From contig RDEW01000058.1 in NCBI GenBank assembly GCA_011109175.1, forward strand, positions 192,033 through 256,032: a DNA stretch of 64,000 nucleotides. The letters run 5' to 3'. Origin of the DNA: Dicyema japonicum. Lineage: Eukaryota; Animalia; Dicyemida. The notes beneath the pieces are model-generated. The model ran no database searches. It was not told the origin of the DNA and saw nothing but the letters and a program-made list of their open reading frames with translations. Made by a program: the position numbers and the translations under genes. Below, piece by piece: positions 28,561 through 41,152 of this stretch. Numbering within the stretch: position 1 is the stretch's first letter; each line of letters opens with the position of its first letter.

Positions 28561-29329
28561 GGACATTCTTTGCTTCTGTAACGTAGTTTATAATAATAAT
28601 TTTGGCAATGTCGTTTTTGGTAACGCAGTGAAAATCGTCAATAGTGTATATTTATTTTTATTTATTAAAATAAAATTATTTCGTATTTTAAAATCGTTAA
28701 AATTGATCAATGCACATAAATGGCATAGTCATACTATTTGACCTTGATGTCATATATTGAACTGCGTACTTTCCCTGAACAAATTTTCTAGTACAGAAAA
28801 TAATATGAAAACTATTCCGAAGAATGAAATTATGTTCGCGACGGTAGGACGTGTGATAAAAATGAACGAGGACGGACTTACCTATCCACCCCTTTCTGAA
28901 GCGGAAGCCTGTAATGTGCTATTGGAAGATGGATTTGGTCGACCGCACTGAATACTAAGAAGGCCTACTATCTACAAGTTATTTTACTGTTTTCATCCAA
29001 GTAGACATTAATTAGAGGTACATCACTTAAATTTATTAAAAATATCTTTTAACAATCATTGATTTATTAAAATAAACACGTGTGTAATTTAAAATATGTG
29101 AACCCTCTACTAAAAGAAGGTACATATAAGTAGTCAACATCTTCCATGTCCTCTACTTTGAATATTCTTGCTCTCTTAAGTCTACTCCATCCGTTTCCTC
29201 TCAGTCCACATCTTAGAAGACTTTGGTCCTCGTTTTGCTTAATCTTCAGTTTCTTCTTCAACAAATCCACACTCGGCATTGGTTTCTCTCCTGAAGCCAT
29301 CAATATTGAGTCCCTACATATGTCATTAT

Positions 29330-30593
29330 TAGGGCAAGTTGTTTCTAGCAGTTAAAAAATATTTTTTTAGCGCTAAAAAATCACAAAATCTAGCAATTAT
29401 AATTATAAAAATTAGCACTTAAAATGATAAAATCTAGCATTTAAAATTGTAAAATCTATAACTTAAAAAATAAAATATAACATTTAAATTTTATTTATTG
29501 TAATATAATTTCGGATATGCACACTTTATACGTAAAATCGTATTGTGTAACAGATTAGAAACATGTTGTTGTACATGACCATTAATGTTTTACCACCTAT
29601 TTATTTAAATAAATTTATATCACCAGAAATCATATACGGAGTGGCATCTGAAATTAGTAGATAAAAATTGTCACGAATAATCTTCATTTCTCTAATGACG
29701 TCATCTATTAATTGGCAGATGATAGCAGCAGTGGCATGATTTTCCAGTGTATTGCATTCAACCAAATAGGATTTTGTTGGAAAGCGAATGCTCCCAATTA
29801 GAATCACTACAAAACTTTTCCTTCGGATATCTGTTTCATCAATTATTATAAAAATCTTTTCTTTTTTTAAGTTGAAAATAAATTTTAATACGTTAATAAT
29901 TTTGTTAACTCATTTATCTTTTTTCTGCAAAAATTGACCGTAGTTCTGCATGAAAATTCGAAGGAATGTTAATTTTAAATGTTTTAAACACTTTTTTGAT
30001 CGAATCGTTATTTAATTTGTACAGCGGGATGTTTGCTTGTACAAAAGCTTCCGTGATCGTTTCATTAGCCGAATCTACTTGGATTGATTCAGTTAATTTT
30101 GTTTGAACTGAATTACATGAATGACCTACAATTGTATTAACAATTTATACGCATATTGTTCTGATGTTTTAAACAAGAACGATGAGAATCAACTGAAAAT
30201 TTTTTTGAACAGTTGACTTTGGATTAACGAAGAGAACAAATTAGAAGGCCATCGTCAGCAATACAGAACTCATCTTGAATTCCGAGACTATACGATTAGC
30301 TTTCTTAAGCAACGAACACTTGGGTTTTGGCATCACTAAAATACTATATAGCGTGCTAAATTATTTTATTTAAATTATTTTATTATCATTTTATGGGTGA
30401 TATAAAAATGATTTTTTAATGCAATTTAAATTAGCATTTAAAAAAAAACTTAGCATTTAAATTAAAAAAAGCACTTATAGCATTATAATGTATGTTCTTT
30501 TTAACAAAATTAAAAAATAATAATTCCAAATTCTATTTTATATTAAAATAAGTATAAAAAATAAAAATAGCATTTAGCACTTAAATTGCCCTA
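29330..30593 (-). mobile_element. hAT DNA transposon (CGGBP1-like transposase), internally deleted
   Basis: Termini TAGGGCAA...TTGCCCTA with a perfect 8-bp TSD GTCATTAT (29322-29329 and 30594-30601). Subterminal TAGCA.TTAAA repeats at both ends. The minus strand gives MPKPKCSLLKKANRIVSEFKDEF...LIC and FYLLISDATPYM. Confidence 0.88.
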
Positions 30594-31233
30594 GTCATTA
30601 TCTTCCATTTTGTTAGCAGTCTCTTCATCACTCTTTTCCCTAGTTCTTTTGACTTTATACGTCGAGATACCCCCCTTATATAATTCATCCAAAAACATTC
30701 CTCCTCCTCACTTTTATCAATATTTTATGTTTTCTTTTCGAATAATTTACGACCTTTGGCATCACCTCCTTTTCCGCATCCTCACTATGTATTGGTTCCT
30801 CATATCTTTTATTTGTTCTCTCTTCTTCGCAATCCTCGTCTTACCTAACTCTAAAAATAAGCCAAGGGTCATTTTTATAATTAGAAACTGTCCTTCAGTT
30901 TATCGACAAAGTTGTGGTTTATTATTGTAGGTTTGGTCACCGGTATAAAACTGAAAATATTTGTTTGTTGATTTGTTGTTATTTAAGTCATATTTACATA
31001 TTCTATCAGAATTATGCATAAATTTATGTTTGTATTTCTCTAAAAATGAAAATTGCTGATAACCGATAACCAGTTTATCAATTTCAATTGAAAATAATGC
31101 CTCTGGATAATTTTTTGTAATCTTGGAGATTGAGGTAGTTTGTTGTTAAAATAGTGTCAATTAAATGATTAACCTCGTACAGATCTCGTTGAATATATAA
31201 GCATTGATGACATTCTTAAAGTCATTAACTAAA

Positions 31234-31550
31234 TTTTTTTTTTTTTTTTTTTTTTTTAAATCAAGAATTTATTTATAACAAAAAAATCGTTCTAAAGTCC
31301 AGCGGATATGATCGAGTGGCTGTTACCTCTGACTACTGCCAGGGAATATCTTTGGAAAAAGCCACTCGGTTTCCCGACGCTCCTCGAGGCTTTGGTCAAT
31401 AGACACCAAGTGCTCTAAGGAAAGAGACCGTCTTGGGGCCAAAGACTCCGCTCGTCTCGACGACCACTGGCTGTATATGAAACGGTTTATGAGGCTGCTG
31501 TATTTCTTTTTTTTTTTTTGAAAACTCGAAGATAAAGAAATACAGCAGCC
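31234..31550 (-). mobile_element. 5'-truncated CRE-like retrotransposon insertion with poly(A) tail and TSD
   Basis: The minus strand gives QPVVVETSGVFGPKTVSFLRALG...RETEWLF-RYSLAVVRGNSHSI* (RLE C-terminus). T24 run at 31234-31257. Duplicated target TCATTAACTAAA(TT) at 31222 and 31551. Confidence 0.85.
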
Positions 31551-34500
31551 TCATTAACTAAATTACATTGAAATCTGAGATGTGACTTATATTTAATTTA
31601 AATTATTTAAAAAAAAATATTATTAATATTATTAATTTCTTATGAGCTTTTTTTTCTGTTGATCATAGTGGAATATATCCTTCGTACTGAGTTATGAATT
31701 TATTTATTTATTAGCTATGAATGAACTCAATAGAGAGGATAATGATAACTCGAGCCCAGTGGTGTTTGGCATACTGGATATTGGAAATTGATACAATAGT
31801 CATGAATTCGGTTTCTCAATGGAGAACAGGACTATTATTAATAATGCCTTTGTTTGAATGAATGGTCACTATTAATAAGTACTTTGTTATTTTAAGGTAA
31901 ATTCACGAATCAACGGATTTATGGAAATACTTTAATTCGTAAGAACCGAGGGTAATTATGATCATCCAGTATTATACATGCTTATTTGGGTTTTAGAGAG
32001 GAACATTTGGTCAAAAATAGGAAGGAGCTTGAACTTGTCAAAATCAAGTGATTAGTCAGTTTGGTTTTACTTTGGTCTTGTGAGGTGGGAGTGCAAATTG
32101 TTTTTATACAATACGGTTCTCATTATTCAGAAATGCTCTCGGGAGGATAGTAGTATCAGTTGAAGGATTTGATCTTTACAGAATCCATAATTGAGTAAAC
32201 CCAAGTATCTTCATTGTACTGGATTTGTCAATTGTTAGTTAGTTAGTTAATTAACCCAGATCTCACTAACTTGTGGAGACCAACGGCTATAAAATCTGAC
32301 ATCGCAGATGACGGTCGCTATCATATATTGGTCAACTTGGTATGGTAGACGAACAGCGTTAAAGAGATCAAAAGGTTATTTGCTGTCAACTCGGAGAGGT
32401 TGCAAAAGGAACAAAGAAAATTTTTTACATTATCCAGTTTGCCAACGTCGGTCGATAGGGATGGTCCCCACATCGTTTACGAGTCAAGTTTACCCGGAGA
32501 TCCTTCGGAAGAGAGGATTCTGAATAGTCAAGTAGAGGAAAAGTCGATGTAGTATTTAATCGTCGAGTCTTTAACAAATTCAACGTGAAAGTAACTCTGT
32601 AAAACTCAGGAGTAACTATTCGAAAGCGCAAATCTCATGACGTCGGGGCCTCAGATGGGCGGAAAAGAAGTCTTCTAAGACGAATTATTTTTTCTAAGAA
32701 ATTTTTATCTTACAAACGTAATAAATATTAAATAAAAACAATATAATAAATAAATAATTAATTAATATCTTAAAAGTATGATGTGAGAATCCTCTGAAAC
32801 AATGAAGACTATAAAAAGACGAGGATGAAGAACCAATCAAACGTATAGAAAACTAAGAAAAAATTCTCTTAAATGGTAATTCCGTTGATCTCACTATAGC
32901 TTCAGAAAACTTCACAACCTCCACGAAAGCGACAAAAACAGTTTACTCTGTCTTGCGGAGTATTCGGAATTATAAGCGAGCAAAACGAGACCATGCAGCA
33001 AACTTTGAGGTAAAAAACCAGACTCCGTCCATCGACCTTTTTCCGTGGTTCCTCTGAGGAGATTGACACAGGAAGAACTCCTAGCAGAAGCCAAAATAAC
33101 AGAAGAACGTCCAATATTACGGAATATCCGATATTTTGGTGTATTGGTCTATATATCTTAGAGTGACATTACCGTCGGTAGATCACTAGAAAAAAGTCGG
33201 GAAAACTTTAAAAAATCACACCTAAATTGTGAATTTAAGAATATAGATATCGAAGACCCAATATAAAAAAAAACTAGAAAGGGAGTTTTTGTTCTTCAAA
33301 GCAAAATATGCTAGAAAACCATGACCTGAAGCAAACTAACCAATCTTTGTAGCAACATAAATCGTCTTTAAAACAAATAACCAAAAATGATCAAATCCAC
33401 GTGTTGGGAATCATTATCATCAACATAATCACTTTAATGATCGAGAATTCAACACATTTTTAGCAAAACAACTGGACGAGTCAATCTCCTTCAAATAAGA
33501 CGAAAAGTGTTGTTTTCCGTTTTCACGACCTGGTAAGATTTTGCAAAAAAATTGGAAGAGCTTCAAAACTCGAACGATGAACTGAAGACTGTTCTAAATG
33601 ACTAGAATTTCCAAATGATGTACTGAAACAACAGAGACAGTTTTCGAGCCATTTTGGACAAATTGGAGGATACAAATTCGTGCAAAAACTAGGAATATCT
33701 AGAACTGATAGCTACAAAGTCTCCGATTGAAGTTATTTGTAGTCTCTTTGATTATTAGAGGGGGGAATGTCTGGTCGGATGATCTAGGTCTTTTTGCCAA
33801 GTCGGAATCATATTTACGGGAAATTGCGATGTTGGTGGAAGAAAGATGACCAAGAACGAAACTAGCAATAATTTTGATGTTCTGAAAGAATGTAATTCAA
33901 TGCTGGTGGGTGAGCTTAATACACGTTGTTCTGATGTGGAGGTTGAGTCCCTAGCATTATCAGATGATACTACCCCATTGATGGAATTGGCAGGTATTTA
34001 TGGTTATGAGTATTCGTAGTTTATGTTTTGAAGGAGAAATTGATGCACGAAAAGAATCTTCTTAAGAAATTCAAATGATCGGTTTGTTTGCTTGTCAAGT
34101 TGATGTTGGAGATTGGAAGGCGATTATCCGAATGGCTGGAAAAGAAGTACCTAAGATCGGGTTAAAAAGAAATTTGGTGTTTGCGGTTGTATTGGTAGTT
34201 ATTGGATGAGTGTGACTGTAAGTACAAATTAGTTGAGTCTGGATATACTGCATGTATTTGTCATTTGAGCGATAAGTATTTGCGGGGACAGCCTCGGCTC
34301 CAATGTTTTTGGTAGCGCATATTTTGAAGATTAATGGAATGAGTAATAATTTGAAAAGTTTAGGTTTTTTGCTTTAACTTGTTGATTTTATTATGTTTTG
34401 TATGAATAGTGTAATATTTGTTACTTTTCTGTTGTTTTCTTACAGGTGGTTGGGTTACACAGAATTTTAATAAAAATGAGGCACAATAAACCGGACATTG

Positions 34501-34560
34501 TGATACACGATATAGAGCCTGGTCAAGTCCTCATCATAGAAGTTGGCAATAATAGTAAGG

Positions 34561-36553
34561 ATACTAATAGCATATATAGTCATCAAATATAGTTAAAATT
34601 ACTTTAACGGTTGACCTAATTTTACTGTCTTAGAGAAATATGACCTATTTTACTTTTAAATAGAAAAGAACATCGGATGTTTAAAATCTTTGGTCCTGAT
34701 AGATCAATCTGTAGCAAAAATCGCACAGAAAAATAATTTTGTCATCAAACGATCACTTTATTCGATTTTTTAATATTTCACATAAAACCAATTCGAGAGT
34801 GCGAATGATGATAATTCGTTACTTAGAACAATATCATCTATTTGAATCTTAAAGAGGCAAAAGATTCTCCCTTCATACTCAGACTAACTACTTCATACTG
34901 CTTTGTGTTAACTTCACGTCTAATCCTCCAAAATTAGACCAATTAAATTACATTGCAGTACTCTTGTCTGAAAAAATAATTTCAATTACCCTGCAGTACT
35001 CTTGTCTGAAAAAGAATTAGATATCATCATACTTCAAAACCAAAATCCAGGTCATCCGCATTTCTTAATTCCTAGATAAAAGTAGGATAATTTTTAGCTC
35101 TCAGATTACGAAAAGCAGCTTCCAGATAACAACAAAAGGATTGGTTATTGTGAGTCACTTTCTGAAGTGTCAATGTGCATAGCCTCTCTTCAGATTCACT
35201 TAAAATTTGATTTTCGCGCAAATTGACCTGTAATTGAACATTATCAAAAGGTATTAAACTTTTGACACAATTTCTAGACATTTTGATAAAGCTATTAAAC
35301 ATTGTGGCAAAGTTATTAGACATTTTCGACAAATTTATTAAATTTTATGGTAAAATTATTAAACAAATCGGAAAACCATGTTAATTGTGTAAATTTAATT
35401 AAATTATTTTTTAATTTTATTTATTTAATCCAACACTTTATTTAATAAAATTAAAATTAATTATGACGACTGTAAATCATGTAATAATTTTAATTTCTTG
35501 TGGTTACTAGTATATTCATCATTTTGGTATTTAATCCTATAGATGTTCAATTTCATCATCTTATACCTTCATTTGGCATTTTGACACAGAAAAATTGTCA
35601 AGAAATAAATCAGGTGCAATTTCTGTATTATATATTAATTATTAAGATATTTGATTAATTGTACATTTTCTGGACTACAAATTGATTCTAAAGTATAGAT
35701 TTACGAATTCAATACATCACATTTGAACATGGTTTCAATTTTTCTATTATACGATCGAAAGTGACGAATTTGTATTAAATATTACTTATTATAGTTACTG
35801 TTGGGAAGAAAGTTTAAAATATGTAATCAAAATACTTTTCCATCTACTATTGATAGCTTGTTATATATATTATTAAATTAATAGGTATTTACAACGATGC
35901 AATTCCCTCTTATACATCGCAATTGATTTTGCAGAAGATTTATCAGTACTTTACAATATGTAAATTTTTTTAATTAATGTAGTTTCTTTCCACAGAGAAT
36001 AGAAGTTATTCAAGAATTTAGAATTAGTTCCATTTGGGTTACATTAAATAAGTATTTTTAATAATAATGTAGAGTGATTGTGTGCAGGGATTCATTCGGT
36101 GATGCAGAGGCGTATAATATTATATTTATCATAGGTATAAAGCTATACGTGATAATCATAATTTTCCAATATAATAACATGTATATGTTCGAAAGTAATA
36201 TATTTAGACGAATACAGCAAGCAGACAAGTAAAACATGTAATTAATAATGTTATTTCAGACTGCAGTGCCATTGCGAACAAGTACAATGTAATGGGCTTT
36301 TGCGGAGTTACTAACATTTTACTAACTTAATCGGTTCTTTTATCGAGAATAAAAATTGGTGTTAATTAATTCAAATTTATTATGATTTAAATAATTTCCT
36401 GGTTGGCCAACTGAATCACACATCTCTACTCTTGACTCGGAAAGAATAATTTTAATTAAAAAAACGATAAGGAAATGAATCGATTATGATTGGTTTTAAG
36501 AACGGATAGGTTTCCTTAGATTTATGAATGACGTGAGCATTATCCCAATTAAT
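34561..36553 (+). repeat. ~2 kb segmental duplication, copy 2, containing the paralogous LRR-type gene (from ~35463), truncated by a gypsy fragment
   Basis: Colinear with 7748-9753. Exon 35885-35959 (75 nt, phase 2-2) encodes L|YLQRCNSLLYIAIDFAEDLSVLYNI. Confidence 0.9.
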
Positions 36554-36569
36554 TTATTTAGTTTTGATC

Positions 36570-38060
36570 CCTGTCGACATAATTGTCGCTAAGTTCTTTC
36601 TCAAGATATTCAAGGAGATCAATTATATGAACACAATTGCCTTTAAGAGAGTCAGCGTCCAAATTTCTTGAGAATATTCCTCGTCGGAGTAGTTAAATGA
36701 ATTGGCACACAACTTTTTTTGTCATCAGGTGTCAAACTCCACGGATCAACACCTGAATTTTTTGATCTGATCCTGAATATCGAAGGTGTTTTCTTGGTCA
36801 TGTATTTGCCCCCGTCTGGATTATTTTATATAATATTTTCTGCCCCCGACTTCGGACACTTTATCTTCCAATAGTCTTTCCAAAAATAGGGATTTTTACA
36901 TAAATCTTAGCACCCTCAGCCTTTCATATACGTCCGTTTATTATTTCCATTATTAGACATGAAAACCCTATAGTAACTCTAATCTAATTGAGATATGTTG
37001 AACCTCAAGAAAACTAAAGTAATGCTAGTTCATTATGCATTTTCCTTAAGGATCAAGCATTCACTAGCAATATAATCTTGTTTCAACATTTTGGTGACCT
37101 TGCTTCTTCAAATCCAAGCTTACTATCTCCATTAAATCCATCTGTGTATTCGCGGACAGATAGTTAAGATGTGACATAATCTTTGATATTTCCGTATATA
37201 CCTTCTCTGATAGATTGGGTGGGACTTCATTCGATTTCGACAAATTTTTAGTGCCGTCTTTGACGTAACTGTCTTTGCTGTCCACGTTCTCCCAATATCG
37301 CTTATTATCACCTGTCCATCGTTTTACCCTACTCTCCTATGATCAAGACTTTTAGGCGAATGGACATCCATCATATCTATCACAATGTGAGGACGAGCCA
37401 CAATTTATGCTATTAATTGTGTTCCCAGGAATCTTTCACACGCAGACAGATCGTGTTCTCCTCAAGTGAGACATCTTGTATTCTTACAGAAGCAGGATAT
37501 ATGCCCATAGCGTTGGCAGTTGAATCATTTATGTGGCTTCTTCCGTACTATTCGCATGTAATAGTACGTGAGAAATGTTGAAACAATTTCCGACAAGCGA
37601 AGTAGCCTCAGCCTATGATCCAACTAGAACCCTTAGAAAAGGGAGTCTCCATCTGCCTTGTAGAGATGACATAAGCTCGTGGTAGATGAGGCTAATTCCT
37701 TTACGAATTCATAAAGGTCGTTATCATATACTCATAAAGGCAGGTTGTTCACACAATTTCGAAAGATCTAGTCGGATTTAACTAAAGCAATGGTTTCCAA
37801 GAACATAAAGAGAAGTAGCATCATCATGTTCATATAAATTCCTTTGTCCCCTCCTTTCTGAATTCGAGGCGGAAGATCCCGGAGCCTTTGTGACTCAATC
37901 TGATAAATCTCGTCAAGTCGACGAGTACAGCACTTTAGAAATTTTGATAGCTCTCATATTCGATGTGACAGAAATCTGTGTCTAAAGAAGACGAACAAAC
38001 TGACGGATCTGTCACTTAAAAGAAGAAATCGATTGATAAATAAAAAGGAGACTCAGGAGA
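36570..38060 (-). mobile_element. Ty3/gypsy-like LTR retrotransposon gag-protease-RT-start remnant
   Basis: Degenerate zinc knuckle K*FNCQRYGHISCFC at ~37480-37535. A protease-like segment at ~37390-37415. IFSRNLDADSLKGNCVHIIDL, typical of the pre-RT region, at ~36615-36680. No LTRs found. Confidence 0.6.
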
Positions 38061-38464
38061 GTTCTGACATGTCTAGAATACGGAAGAAATCAGGTAAATA
38101 TGTCAACTTAAACGAGCCGTGGATGATTCACTCACAGAAAAGTGATAAAAATCCCCATTTTATGGTATCATTTATGATCAATTTAATTTCCTTCATCAGC
38201 TAAGAAACCAGCAGTTTCTGTTTTTTGAAAGTCATTTCCGACAATTTGGTTGATTTTTGATGTGACTTAGCTTTCTGAAAATGGTTATAACCTCAGCGAG
38301 CCTAAACACTCCGGGTTTGAGCCATTCGAGCTTCCATAACAGTTTACCTACCAGGAGTTGGTTCAGATACTGACAATAATCAACTTTCTCTTCATTTTCC
38401 GCGGTTTTTGAACTTCCAAGAGGATGAGACTATTTCCTCTGGTATTTATTATTAACTGTTAACA

Positions 38465-39122
38465 CTTCCTTCAGTACGTATGCAAAACGCGAAAGCGTGG
38501 CCTATCGATCCTTTTGCTTTTAAAAGCTTTAAGCTAAAGGTGACAGAAAAGTTACCACAGGGATAATTGGCTTGTGCGCCCAAGCGTACATAGCGACGGC
38601 GCTTTTTGATCCTTCGATGTTGGCTCTTCCTATCATTGCGAAGCATAAATCGCAAAGTGTAGGATTGTTCACCCACTAACAGGGAACGTGAGCTGAGTTT
38701 AGACCATCGTGAGATAGGTTAGTTTTACCCTACTGATTCGGTGTCGTTGCAACAGTAATTCTGCAAATTACGTGAGGAACTGCAGAGTCAGACATTTGGT
38801 TCATGCACTTGACTGAAAAGTCAGTGGTGCGAAGCTATCGTCTAAAGATAATAACTGAACGCCTCTAAGTTAGAATCTTGACTGGAAGCAACGATATTGT
38901 GCAGTGCTCTAATATAGCAAGAATATGCTTTTATGCTGCTGTTACCTTGGTGTCGAAAGGTGTCCTAAAAGTAGGCATTATCACCCAGGTGAATTGCATT
39001 GAGACTGAGTACTGTGCTAAATCACATGTAGACGACATTTATTGGCATGAGAACTGTACGTATGAAAGCTGCTTTGGTGGCGATCTACTGAGGTCCATCT
39101 CTTTGCCAAAGATTTGTCCGCT
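38465..39122 (+). rRNA. 28S rRNA 3'-terminal fragment (probable pseudogene)
   Basis: CAGAAAAGTTACCACAGGGATAA, GATCCTTCGATGT.GGCTCTTCCTATCATTG, GGATTGTTCACCCACTAA and GGTTAGTTTTACCCTACTG. The sarcin-ricin loop is mutated (AATTACGTGAGGAAC vs AGTACGAGAGGAAC). It ends with ...AAGATTTGT. Confidence 0.93.
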
Positions 39123-39214
39123 TGTCGGACGACATTTAATGAAGATTGGGATACTCGGGCCATGGTATACGGTGATAATTTGAGTATATAGCTATTTTCC
39201 TGTATTGTCAGAAA

Positions 39215-39472
39215 GGGCTTTTGGACTTGTAATTTTTTCGCAAATAGTCAAATGGGTGTTTTGTATTATCAGGCCATATTCGCAGCCATAAGTTTCGTCA
39301 CATGGGTCTATTAAATGCACGATAAATACGCTGAGGGTATATGGTGATAAGTGATTGAGGCCTTTGGACTTGGTATATTTTTCGCAAAGTCAAATGGGTG
39401 TTTTGTATTATCAGGCCAAACCCGCAGCCATAAGTTTTGAAAACATGGGTCTATTAAATGCACCAAAAATAC
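39215..39472 (+). repeat. Two-copy ~140-bp tandem repeat 3' of the 28S fragment (3'ETS/IGS subrepeat)
   Basis: AGTCAAATGGGTGTTTTGTATTATCAGGCCA...CGCAGCCATAAGTTT...ACATGGGTCTATTAAATGCAC occurs at ~39246 and ~39388. Confidence 0.85.
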
Positions 39473-40177
39473 CCCGACGGTAGATGCTGGAAAGGTAAAA
39501 AAGAGACCTTCCATGGGCATAAAATGCATCGAGGTTTTTCTAGCCAGATATTAGCTAATGCATTGGTATTATAAAATCGGGCCTCGTAATAGGCCCGAAT
39601 AAGTAATATCTAATGAATAGGTGAATAACCAGGTATTTGCTAGATAATAGAAAATCGGGCCACCTAATAGACACTAAAAAAGTAGTGCGTGGGCAATATG
39701 GGCAGACTTATAAAGTTATTATTTATAGATTTCAAAAAAGCCCAGTGGACAAGTAAAGGATTTTAACAAGGAAGCCCAGTAACTGTCCTGTTGAGTATCC
39801 ATTGATTCCTTACAGTAAGTGGACAGCCTGCCGTCCAATGAGTGGCCATGCAAAGATCTTTCTGCATTTGATTTTTCAAGTCGCCGGAGATGCAAAGACT
39901 AGTAACATGGTAACATTAGTTGGACATGAAGGCAGGTTAACACCGGGTGTAAAGGGTTAATGGGGAAAGGCAGGACAGGGGCCAGGGAAACGGGGGGAAA
40001 AGGGATCGGATTAGATTTACGGGAAATTATCGCCACAGTTGTCCAAAACCTTATTTTTCAATAGGCTAGGTAGACAGCTATTTGAGATAAGCTTCATAGG
40101 GTTCGAGTCCCAGAGATTGTTTTATAATTTTCGTTTTAACACTTTTATTTATTTTTATTTATTTTTTTTATTTTAAG

Positions 40178-41152
40178 CACGTGTCTACAGCTCATAAAAA
40201 TTTGGTCACGTGGTCCGGGCACGTGCCTTATCTCTAACTAGAATTAGATATCTCCATCTGAGTTAGAAATTCAGTTAAAAAGCCAAATAAAAGCTTTAAA
40301 TTAACTATTTAATTATACAATTTAATTACTTATTTATTTTTTTTTTTTAACACGTGTCTACCACAAAGAAAAAAACTGATCACGTGGTCAAGAAAAGTTT
40401 TAAATATTAAATTTGAACCTAAAAATCTGTTTTAGGGCTTAATTATAACTTTCTATTTAATTAATATATTTTAGGCACGTGTCTAAGCTAGGAAACTTAA
40501 AAATTTAGACACTCAAAAAATTAGCCACGTGGTCGGGCCCAGGTGGTCAAGACATGTGGGTACTCCAAATAAATCGGGGCTCATTTGCTATTGAAATATT
40601 TAAACCAAATTAACAAATAAGCTTATTAAATCAATTTAAAAAATAGCTTTTTAATTTCTAAAACCAAATTATTAAAAGTGTTATTTTGGGCTTAAAACAA
40701 GCATTTTTTCTGGTCCCCGAATAGATACAGATTCTCCGGGATTTGTCCCCACTTGCCCTAACTTTTTTCGGGTACGCACTTGCATATTTGTTGCTCTTTA
40801 AAATTGGCAAACTTGTCTTGACCTTAGGTCCCCCAGGGATCACAAATGAAGACTTTGAGTTTCGGGAAATTTCGATTAATATTACTCCTGTCAAGTGGCG
40901 TGACCATTAATGCTAATTTCAAAAACTTTCAACTTTAATCATTTCTAGGCATTAATACAAGAACCCAGAGATCCCTGAGATGAAGACAATGGGAGACAGC
41001 CCACGTGGGTAAAAAATCAAAACTTAATTTTTATAAACTGCTTATTTAAACACTCTCCTTCTTACAAATGCAATAATAAAATATTTATTTCAAGTCTCCT
41101 AAGCACTTTAAGTCAAAATAAAAGTGTCCCACAAAAAGCTAGAAAGCACGTG
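40178..41152. promoter_or_regulatory. Cluster of nine CACGTG E-box palindromes in the putative rDNA spacer
   Basis: CACGTG starts at 40178, 40207, 40220, 40351, 40381, 40476, 40526, 41002 and 41147 in very AT-rich DNA. Function is inferred only. Confidence 0.55.

Noticed and set aside
38452-39183. ORFs overlapping the 28S fragment
   Set aside because: Spurious translations of rRNA sequence.
40040-40100. tRNA gene suggested by GGTTCGAGTCCC
   Set aside because: No consistent acceptor, D or anticodon stems could be folded; kept only as a B-box-like motif.
40178-40560. CRISPR-like repeat-spacer array
   Set aside because: Repeats are only ~9-10 bp with irregular spacing, the context is eukaryotic, and there are no cas genes.
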